NCBI RefSeq assembly: GCF_000981445.1
Contig: NC_027218.1
Location: forward strand, 1,860,001 to 1,924,000
Direction: 5' to 3'
DNA length: 64,000 nucleotides
Source: Babesia bigemina
Taxonomy: Eukaryota
In this document: positions 1 to 8,800 of the stretch, piece after piece
Position numbering within the stretch: the first letter of the stretch is position 1
Layout of the letters: the number at the start of each line of letters is the position of its first letter
The notes under the pieces: generated by a model
Seen by the model: only the letters and a program-made list of their open reading frames with translations
Database searches by the model: none
What the model was told of the DNA's origin: nothing
Translations under genes and position numbers: made by a program

Positions 1-2023
1 TGGTTCCAGGCTGTTGAGCGAATACGTTTGTAGTCGTGGCAGGCTGCTGTTGTCCGAACAGGCCCGTGCCCGTAGTTGGCTGCTGGCCAAAGAGGCCTCC
101 CGTTGCGCCCTGCTGCTGCTGCTGTGGCCTGAAGAGGCCGCCGGAGGCAGCAGGCTGCTGTTGACCGAACAGCCCGCCCGTGGTGTTGGTCTGTTGCCCA
201 AACAATCCTCCCGATGTCGACGGCTGCTGTTGGCCGAACAGGCCTCCCGATGAAGCTGGCTGCTGCCCGAAGACATTGCCAGTTGTGTTCGGCTGCTGTT
301 GTTGGCCGAAGGTGGGAGTGGAGCCCGCTCCGAAAATACCTGTGGTGGTAGACGTGCCAGTGGCGCCTGCTCCGAACACGTTGGGTGTGCCTGAGGTACC
401 GGTGGCGGCACCGCCAAAAACGTTCGGTGCGCCTGTTGCTCCAGGAGCGAAAGCATTGGTGCCGGTTCCTGCGGGGGCGAATACATTGGTGCCTGCTCCT
501 CCTGGGGCAAACACGTTCGTGCCTGTTCCTGCGGGGGCAAACACATTGGTTCCTGTTCCTCCTGGAGCGAACACATTCGTGCCTGTCGATCCGGGGGCGA
601 ATACGTTGGTTCCTGTTCCTGCGGGGGCAAAGACATTCGTGCCTGTTCCTCCGGGAGCGAATACATTTGTTCCTGTTGCAGCAGTTGTCGAACCGCCAAA
701 CAGGGTGCTTCCGGTAGTTCCAGCAGTGCTACCGAACACGTTGGTGGTGCCTGCCGGTTTAGAAGCAGCGCCAAACAAGTTGCTGCCGCCGGTGTTGCCG
801 AACAGGCCTCCAGAGTTGGCCGTTGATCCTCCAAATAAGGGCGTCGTGGTAGACCCTGCAGTGCCTGCTCCAAACAAACCGGTCGACGGTTGCGTTGCGC
901 CGAACAGTTGTGAGTTGGTAGGCGGTTGCGTGGGCTGCTGCAGAATCTCGCGGATGTTGTAACCGGACTGGTCAAGGTTGTAGCTGCCAGTCTCGCGGAA
1001 CGCGGTGTTGAACTTTCGCAGGTAAGCAATCTGCTTCTTGATCTCGTTACCGGTGTCGCTGCTGGAAGTCGCTATTGGCTCGCCTTCGCTTGCAGGGGGG
1101 CGGATGGGAAGGCCCACTGCTGTCAGGAAGGCCTTCTTCAACTCGCTGGGTTCGTCGGCCACGCCGCTCCAAAGCTCTTCACGGTTGCGGGATTTATCAT
1201 CCATGCCCCTAAGTGCCTTTGTTAGACGGTCGCCGATCGTGGAGATGCGTTTCTCGTGACTGCTAAGGACGCGATTCACCGTGGTCACGTACTGCGACAA
1301 GTCGATGTCCTTCAGCGACAGCACCTCCATATTAAGCACGTGGATCTCGTTGCGCCACGAACGGATGTTATCAAGCAGCTCCTTGGTCAGCTGCACGTGC
1401 AGGTGGTTGGGGACGCGGAACATCGCGGAAATCTTGCTCCCCCTCGGGGTCTCGTTTGGGCGCAGGGACTCCGACAGGCGCCTTGCCTTTATGGAAAGCA
1501 GGTTCTGCGCATCCTGGCGCTTGCAGCGGTCGTTCACCTCGTGCTGCAGCTTTGTTTGTAACAGGCTTATGCCGTTAAGCGAGTTCTTGATCTCGTCATG
1601 CGATTGCCAGCACTGCGCGTCGAGCTCCACCAGCCGGTCGACCATGGGCCGCACCTTCGCGATGTTCTTCTCGTGCGCAGTCAGAAGCAGGTCGGCCACG
1701 TCGAAATGGCCGCGCCATTGCGGGATGAGCTGAGTCAACAGACGCACAGAGCAACGGGAGTTGACCTTCTGCGGGATGGCGCTGACAGCGGGCGCAGGCT
1801 GGCCGAATCCGCCGCCACCCACCTTGTTAGCGGCGCCGAAGGTCACCGCAGCACCCGGTGTAGATGAAGCGCCGAACTGTCCGATGCCGCTGGAAACGGT
1901 TGTGCCGGTACTGGTGCCGAAGGCAGGCGTGCTAGCAGTGTTCAACGACGTCGTGCCGCTGGAGCCGAAAATAGGCACAGTGTTGGCTCCCGAAGCCGGA
2001 GCAAAACTGAAGGGAGCCGCCAT
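1..2023 (-). CDS. FG-repeat nucleoporin (Nup58/Nup54-like layout), 3' end runs off window
   Basis: Minus-strand frame from ATG at 2023 (MAAPFSFAPASGANTVPIFG...) is open to position 1. It has N-terminal FG motifs, a central helical/coiled-coil segment (~1000-1750), then GLFG/LFG/VFG repeats (GGLFGQQQP). Absent from the ORF track because it lacks a stop in the window; the + strand ORFs here are its antisense shadows. Confidence 0.85.
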   Translation of the reverse strand, partial: MAAPFSFAPASGANTVPIFGSSGTTSLNTASTPAFGTSTGTTVSSGIGQFGASSTPGAAVTFGAANKVGGGGFGQPAPAVSAIPQKVNSRCSVRLLTQLIPQWRGHFDVADLLLTAHEKNIAKVRPMVDRLVELDAQCWQSHDEIKNSLNGISLLQTKLQHEVNDRCKRQDAQNLLSIKARRLSESLRPNETPRGSKISAMFRVPNHLHVQLTKELLDNIRSWRNEIHVLNMEVLSLKDIDLSQYVTTVNRVLSSHEKRISTIGDRLTKALRGMDDKSRNREELWSGVADEPSELKKAFLTAVGLPIRPPASEGEPIATSSSDTGNEIKKQIAYLRKFNTAFRETGSYNLDQSGYNIREILQQPTQPPTNSQLFGATQPSTGLFGAGTAGSTTTPLFGGSTANSGGLFGNTGGSNLFGAASKPAGTTNVFGSTAGTTGSTLFGGSTTAATGTNVFAPGGTGTNVFAPAGTGTNVFAPGSTGTNVFAPGGTGTNVFAPAGTGTNVFAPGGAGTNVFAPAGTGTNAFAPGATGAPNVFGGAATGTSGTPNVFGAGATGTSTTTGIFGAGSTPTFGQQQQPNTTGNVFGQQPASSGGLFGQQQPSTSGGLFGQQTNTTGGLFGQQQPAASGGLFRPQQQQQGATGGLFGQQPTTGTGLFGQQQPATTTNVFAQQPGT
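441..680 (-). repeat. 30-bp coding tandem repeat, 8 copies, encoding GTNVFAP(G/A)G(T/A)
   Basis: Repeated cctgttcct(g/c)cgggggc(a/g)aa(c/t)acatt(c/g)gt units within the nucleoporin. Confidence 0.9.
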
Positions 2024-2295
2024 TCGTGCAGGCCGCGCGTAAAGGCAGCGACAGAGGTGTCACCGCGATGCGCGACTTAACGACGTGGCTCGACAAAACT
2101 AGGCACCTCGCACCTCAGCTCCGCGCTGCTACTCACACATAACTAAAATTCATACAGGACACGGGCCACATAGTCGCAATCTGTGTAGTACCGGAGAGTG
2201 TGCCTCCGATGGTCACGCTTGCCCAATCACTAGACGTAGTCGATATGTATGGTATAGAATGATATGTAAGTCAGTAACTAAATGTCAAGGCCCTC

Positions 2296-2417
2296 GTTGC
2301 CGGCCATACTGCGTCGAAAATACCGGATCCCATCCGAACTCCGAAGTCAAGCGGCGCTAGGCCGGGTTAGTACTGGGGTGGGGGACCGCCCGGGAACCCC
2401 TTTCGGTGCCGGCAACC
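2296..2417 (+). rRNA. 5S: 5S rRNA
   Basis: GTTGCCGGCCATACT...GATCCCATCCGAACTCCGAAGTCAAGC...GGTTAGTACT...GGGACCGCCCGGGAA...GGTGCCGGCAAC: eukaryotic 5S consensus motifs, and the 5' GTTGCCGGC pairs with the 3' GCCGGCAAC (helix I). Confidence 0.95.
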
Positions 2418-3343
2418 TATTATCACACAGGTCACATAAGGTTGTACTGTTACTATATATGGAAGAGGGTGATTCGAAACACTACGTAAACCTGCTAGTA
2501 GCCACAGCAACGTGGAGAAGGGGCTCCCAGATATGCGATGGTACACGATGAGGGTGGTGGACTGGCTGCACTGTAGAGGATGGACTGATAAGGTATTGTC
2601 TGAGTTTCACACGCCGCAAATAACGCTTGCATTTACATATGTTTGCCTTAAAACTTCATATTACCTTTATACGCACGCGGATGGAAGATACGCAGTTAAA
2701 TTTGGTACAGAGGGCACGATGGAAAAAACGTCAGAGCCCAAGTATGACCCAAAACAAATGGTTATAAAATATACAAAACGTAAAACAGACGCATAATGTG
2801 CTTTGGGGCAAACATAAGTGCCCGAACTGGATTTCGAGGCATCATCACTATACCTAGTAAGCGGAATTTTCAGCTTGTGAAAAGAAGCACAAGCCATGAC
2901 TGTACAGTACGGAAACATGCAACCGACGTCACCGTTGAACAAATGTTAAAGGTGAAAGGACGGTGGGAACTGAAACCACATGGCTACCGAGTGGCCGAAG
3001 ATACTGTATACATAATATACCCAGTGCATTCTTAATTACGTTTAAATACCATATATAGTGGCGTCAGTGCCCATTTGGGTAATTGTCTGGCACTCGTATT
3101 CAGGGATATAAAACGCATTGACATTGTATGTTTCCACGGGATAAGGAAACTATGTTTACAGGATGTTATCGTGGGTGGGGTTTTGAGCGCAGACAGTGGC
3201 GCTGGATGCGTATTGGAGAACGTTGTTGCATAGATTTTTGACCATGCGACGCAGAAACATACATACAGCTGGACACTATTATATTGATATAGCAGGTGAC
3301 AGTACTAGAGAATTCTATCTGCAGTGCGTGACGCTAGATAAGA

Positions 3344-3550
3344 TTATTGGAGTTTAGGCTTGGAATCACGGAATGCGTCACGCAGTCGGCCGAAGGTCTC
3401 TCCAAGACTCATGTTATAAATTTGACCCATGATGTAAAGGACCAAGACGAGAAGGGCCGAGAAACCGATGAAGCCGGCAAAAGCAACTCCTAAATATTTA
3501 AATGCGCAGCCAGTGTTGTCTTTGCAAGCGCTACCACAGAAGCACGCCAT
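3344..3550 (-). CDS. small Cys-rich single-TM protein (68 aa)
   Basis: ATG-started; MACFCGSACKDNTGC, then a ~25-aa hydrophobic stretch and a basic tail. An upstream GT...TGCAG intron-like segment lies at ~3578-3610. Confidence 0.5.
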   Translation of the reverse strand: MACFCGSACKDNTGCAFKYLGVAFAGFIGFSALLVLVLYIMGQIYNMSLGETFGRLRDAFRDSKPKLQ

Positions 3551-4187
3551 GTTTAACTAACTCGCTCGACAATCAATCCTGCACAGCACTGAACAACTCA
3601 CCTTATACCTCTAACACCCTCAGCCAACTAAATATACACAATGCCAATACCCCACCCCTACCATGCCATCCACCTTGTGCTGGTGCAACCGTAAATCTAG
3701 ACCTCACAACGCTGACACGCCATTAACATACCCTCCCGCATGCATTCATGAGACATGTCTTGATACTTACTTAGTAATACAGCAACCAACAATGTAGTGT
3801 CCACTCAAGGCGCCAAGTCTGCCGAACACTTGCTTGTCTACCCTGGTCATTCTGATGTGGGCAGCTGACCTATATTGCGTGCTTAATGTTCCAGATCGGC
3901 ACAATGCTGTCGCTAAGCACGTCAGTATGCAGCACCATCTCACATGCCACTTGCTAACCTAACAGATGGCCCATCACGTCACATGGTGCATCACTCATTA
4001 GGTGACGGCACAGATTACCACCGGATCAGTTCCACTATTCCCTTGAGATGAGATCACCAACCCCAACAAAGAAACAAGCACGACGCCATGTCATCAAATC
4101 TCCGTTACCTAAAATCTTGCCGATTAGGTGAGGCTATACTAGAGAAGAGGGATAGGCGGTGCGTAAGGCGCAGGCTTTGCATCCACT

Positions 4188-4367
4188 CTAAAAACTAACA
4201 AATATTGCTAGCACCATCGTCTGTGCGTTTATACGATGCATAAGCCACAAGCCATCAATCAATATGAAAATGACGGCGAGGAAGATGAGGACGACGGCGG
4301 CGATGATGTAAGGGGCGGGGGAAGTAGTCACCTCACTGCTCATGCAATTGGTCATCACCGCAATCAT
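4188..4367 (-). pseudogene. short ORF/remnant resembling a VESA1 transmembrane C-terminal segment (59 aa)
   Basis: Hand translation: MIAVMTNCMSSEVTTSPAPYIIAAVVLIFLAVIFILIDGLWLMHRINAQTMVLAIFVSF*. The TM resembles that of the neighbouring 4456-5016 ORF (IAAVIVAIIVAIILLD). Confidence 0.4.
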
Positions 4368-4455
4368 TACGTTGTCTAGACATTAAATGTCAGTTGCCAG
4401 TCAGGTGATCAGTGGAATTTTGATTAACAATGTTAGCGCCAACAAATTGCTATAA

Positions 4456-5016
4456 TTAGCTGTAAAACGCGATGCAGAAGGGTATCTTGCGGACGAGGAA
4501 ATCGCGGATGTTGCGGCCCACCGGGAAGCGGAAGATGCACAGGTCGAGCAGGATGATGGCGACGATGATGGCAACGATGACGGCGGCGATGGTTTCTGGG
4601 GGAAGCGAAAAAGAAGGGCCGAAGGAAGATTGCAAATTGCTGTCTTCGGTAAGAGCTTCGGTACGGGCGGCATTATCTTGAGTGACGGCGTGATCCTGAT
4701 GACCGGAGGAATCACCGAGAGGCTGTGGAGGGGGAAACGGAGGGGCTTTGCAGGTGTCAGCCTGCTCTGTACATTTCTTTACACAACAGTCACATTTACA
4801 GTTTTTCTCTTTGTATTTACATTGTTTTCCACATCTGGAAGGTTCACATTCGTATTTTGTACCTCTGTTTCTTTGGCGCATATAGGTATATACCGCACAT
4901 ACATCGCAACTGTCGAACGTTTCTCTATTACATTGCACACAACACCAGGGACAACAATTACATGGTTTAAACTGTATACACCCAGTACCACATGTGCACG
5001 TCTTCCTCCAAGTCAT
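4456..5016 (-). CDS. short VESA1-like protein/fragment: Cys/Lys-rich domain + TM + cytoplasmic tail
   Basis: CxC/CC/K-rich N-half (CKYKEKNCKCDCCVKKC) like the VESA1 cysteine/lysine-rich domain; TM IAAVIVAIIVAIILLDLCIF; tail RFPVGRNIRDFLVRKIPFCIAFYS, which I recall as a Babesia ves1-type C-terminus. Confidence 0.65.
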   Translation of the reverse strand: MTWRKTCTCGTGCIQFKPCNCCPWCCVQCNRETFDSCDVCAVYTYMRQRNRGTKYECEPSRCGKQCKYKEKNCKCDCCVKKCTEQADTCKAPPFPPPQPLGDSSGHQDHAVTQDNAARTEALTEDSNLQSSFGPSFSLPPETIAAVIVAIIVAIILLDLCIFRFPVGRNIRDFLVRKIPFCIAFYS

Positions 5017-5811
5017 CTTCCCCTCCCGCTTACAGTCCCCTCAACCTGCGAACATATCAATCACTTAAGCAACGAAGTCACCAACCACTCATCAACACGC
5101 ACCGCAGCAAGGGCACTGACCATCTACCATCGGCGCTACGTTAGCAGCAAGGTGACCGCCGTCTAAAGCAGGGTCAGTCACATCACAACTATGCAGCTAT
5201 CACAACTAAAGTAGTGCCCAGTCAAGGCATGTGAACGGTATCCTGGCCGTGGCATGCAGGTAAACCCGTGCCAGTGGAGCAGTCAACTCTATCCATCGCA
5301 GACCATGCAAGGGTACCAATGCCAACTACTACTGTTACGTTTATGTCATGATTAGCCCCTATGTAAGCCATGTTGCTTGGTCAATACGTTCCTCATGTTC
5401 GCTGTTACGATCAATGCAACGTAGCCACGCTGTCCACTGTCCATCACGTAAAAGACGCAACAGCTTCCATTGCCTAAAGAGTTACATTGCCGACACTACA
5501 ACTACTAGCTCGGCAACAACATAGCAACTCACCTACTATGGCCATCGCCAAATGCCTACGTTGATGGCCAACAACAGCTTCACACTACGCTGGTGCGGTG
5601 GCATGGCGTTGACATCTTACAAGTAACTCACAACTCACCTCACCATATTCAGCCATCTCTTAAATGGGCTACATGTGCATAGTTGTGCCTGGAAGCAGTC
5701 ACGCTTTTCTCACATCACGGTGCCGTATATGCCGCAGTAACACAACTAACCACTAGTGCTGTAGTGCGATCCACCACACGGCAAATAGTGACTACATCAA
5801 TGAGGTAAAAA

Positions 5812-8800
5812 CTATCGAATAACAAGTTGACCAATAGGGTCTTCGTCGAAGTAGTCGACGTCTTTGTAAAGTGAGAGCATCTTCCGGCCTTTCGTGAGTA
5901 AGGCCTTGACGTCGATGTGGTGGGAAGCCTTGGTGCGGATAAGGTGTGATCGTATGCGCAGCACGTCCAGGCGGTACAACATCGTGTTGGCGAAGATGAG
6001 GAATGCGAGAGACCAGAGTGCGACGATAGTGAAGATGAATGGCTCCCGGATACCGTAGAGGAAGTTGTCCATGGCGGAAATAAAATCTGCGATAGGCCTG
6101 CCGTTTACAATTTCCTGCAGCTTAGTTATAACATCAGAGCAGGTGACTGTCGGCTGCGATTTGCCCTCCGGTGGCGTGAACCCGTGTAAGTAGAGGAGGG
6201 GCAGGGCAGTGGAACACAGGTGGAGGGATGAACACTTGCTGCTGTCATGTTTCTTGAGTTCATAGTACAGCTTTTGAAGTGACTCATGCAGTCTGTCCGG
6301 CAGGTACACCGCCCAGCTGAGGTAGGTGTGGGCGAAGCTCTGGGAGTACAGGGCGTAGGCCCGGTACGTGATGGGAGATATACGTGGATGGCAGTTGGCA
6401 GGGTCACCGCTGCAGCCAACCAGTGTGGACAGGGTACGGGGATGTGCATTGTCGTGGCTGGAGTTGTTTTTGGATATGAGAGACTCAGAACCACGGATGC
6501 CTTTGACGGCTACAAGGTCGTGGCGACCAAGATGGTCCCAGTCGGGGCAGTCGACATATGACTTCGTGAGTGCAGTGCCCAGTGGAGACAATCCATCTGA
6601 AGCATACCCGTGTAACTCGATACCGAAATGATGGAAGTACGACACAAGCTCCCCTGTCGTCCTCGGCGTCCGCCTGGTGAGGCAAACAAGATATCTGCAA
6701 AGGTTTTCCAGTGGGTCGGACGTATAGCATGCCCCAATCAGCAACTGGTATATATAAAACCCATGCATAGATTTGCTTTGGAGATCGGTGTGTTGGAAAC
6801 CCATTTTAATGTGGCTTCGCCGGCACATGTTATCCCTTTCATACCGGTAGGTTGACAGATCTAGATGATCAGTTAGAAATCCTTGCAGAGGAGATGGATC
6901 GCAGCCATGATGATGTGATTTCACAATGTCTGCGGGGAATTTAGTGCACTGCCATGTTTCAGAAAAGTTCACATTTTTACCGTACTGACAGTCACGCCAT
7001 CCACCTGAATGCGTGTCCCGGCTGCACTGCGTGCGCAGGAACGATAACTGATGGTACGCTGCATAGACATAGCTAAGCAACTGACACAAAAGGGTATAAG
7101 GGTCTTCGGAATAGTGCATAAGGGCAACGCCGTATCTTTCAAAGTGGAATTTTGACATGTCAGCAGGACTGGACCCCTGTATACCACCAAGAACAGAGCT
7201 AGCGTGGCCACACGCATCGTACATACTGCTGATAACATCATTGTCCGAGAACGTTTCCGATGCGACGATATTGTGAGAGCTGTCAAATAAGCTCGCAACG
7301 AGCTGCGTCAGCACAGCAAAACTTGGCGCACTTGGTAGATCGCTCAGCCAGCACAGCATCTGTCGCACGGTCCGTGGCGGGGGGTTGAAACTATCTGTGG
7401 GCGGTATCGTTACGCCGACGGGTAGGACGTAATTACCGTAAGACGCAGGGCATATGCCTGGATCGATCATGACGCCCGGATGATCGTCGAAGTAGCCAAT
7501 TTGAGATTGGGACTTTCGTTGGACAAAATCCTTTTTACCCGTATGAGCCGTGTATCGCTTATCATTGTCTAGCTTGGGCATGCGCATATTTCGCTTCGGG
7601 TCCGGAATAGGCTTAGATAGGATGTCCGGTATTGCTGGCAATACATTGCCTTGTACGTCCTTCTCTAGCATTGTGTAAATATCATTCGGTTCAACCGTCT
7701 TGGGCTTCCATTTTTCAGAGGGAGGCTTTGCGACTGGTTTACCATCAGCCATGAAGAAAGAAAGTGGAAGAGGCATGTTGTTGTCCTTGGTTTGCTGTCC
7801 CGTAATTCCATGAACATTCTTTTTACCTTGCTGGTTCGGTTCCAATACTATCCCGCTAAGGTCATACGGATTTAACAGACTTTTAGGTTTATTCGATGTC
7901 GGTTGCGCAGTCGGATACTGTTTGGGTGGTTTAAGTGGGTGCACAGTACGGCGCTGTGTCTTAGGAGGCCTAATTGCATATCCATCCGATATTGTACCAT
8001 GCTGTAGGTAAGACTTATATCTGTCGGCCGCGTGTTGCTTTGGTAATAAATGGTCAGAGTTATGTGGCAAAGGCGTGCCTTTAAATTCGCCTTTTAACCC
8101 CACGTCGCTATCACCCAGCACAGAAGTGCCGGTATCGGCTACTTCTGACCCGTAAACATAAATGTCAGACTTAAGTAGCTTTTTGTCATACGAATCACCC
8201 TCTTTTTTAGCTTGCCATTGCCACAATTTCACCTGCTCTTCGGCTTTCAGTTTTCTACGTAATTTATCTTCTATCTCCTTAGAAGGCTTGCTGTCGACGA
8301 CGTCACCGCTGACCTCCAGAGATGGTAAATCTACATGTAGAGTTTCACTCACCTGTCTGGAAGGACCTCCTCCTGGAACAAAGTACGGACGCTGGTTAAC
8401 AGTGTGGCCACCGCTGGGCAGAGAGGAAGGGCCAGTAGGTCGTTGTACGTGGCGAATGGGAGTGTGACGCCCAAGTTGAGCTACCTGTTGGCGACGCTTT
8501 GCATCCAACTTTCTCTGTAATTCGTTCTCTTGGACTTTCTCCCACGCTCTGTCAAAGGCTGGATATGACGTCGGTGGAGAAGTGCGACTCCGTAAATTGG
8601 AAATTACTTGGCATGGTGGCTCAGCATCGGACTTATAATTCATAAGGAAATTGGCATCACATGCCGGCGCATTTTTTTTTATTGCAACTGTGGTCTGAGG
8701 CTGCCCATTCCCTGCTCCCCTCCCACCCATTCCAGCTCCATCTCCACTGCCAACGGCAGTTGAAGTCGAATCCGTGGCAGCAGATGCTGTGCTGACAATG

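Noticed and set aside
441..680. 30-bp repeats as a CRISPR array
   Set aside because: Contiguous in-frame coding repeats with no spacers; eukaryotic context.
14..2042. Plus-strand ORFs (260, 150, 93 aa etc.)
   Set aside because: Antisense shadows of the minus-strand nucleoporin.
2512..3035. Two abutting short + ORFs after the 5S gene
   Set aside because: No recognisable motif or codon bias; cannot support a gene.
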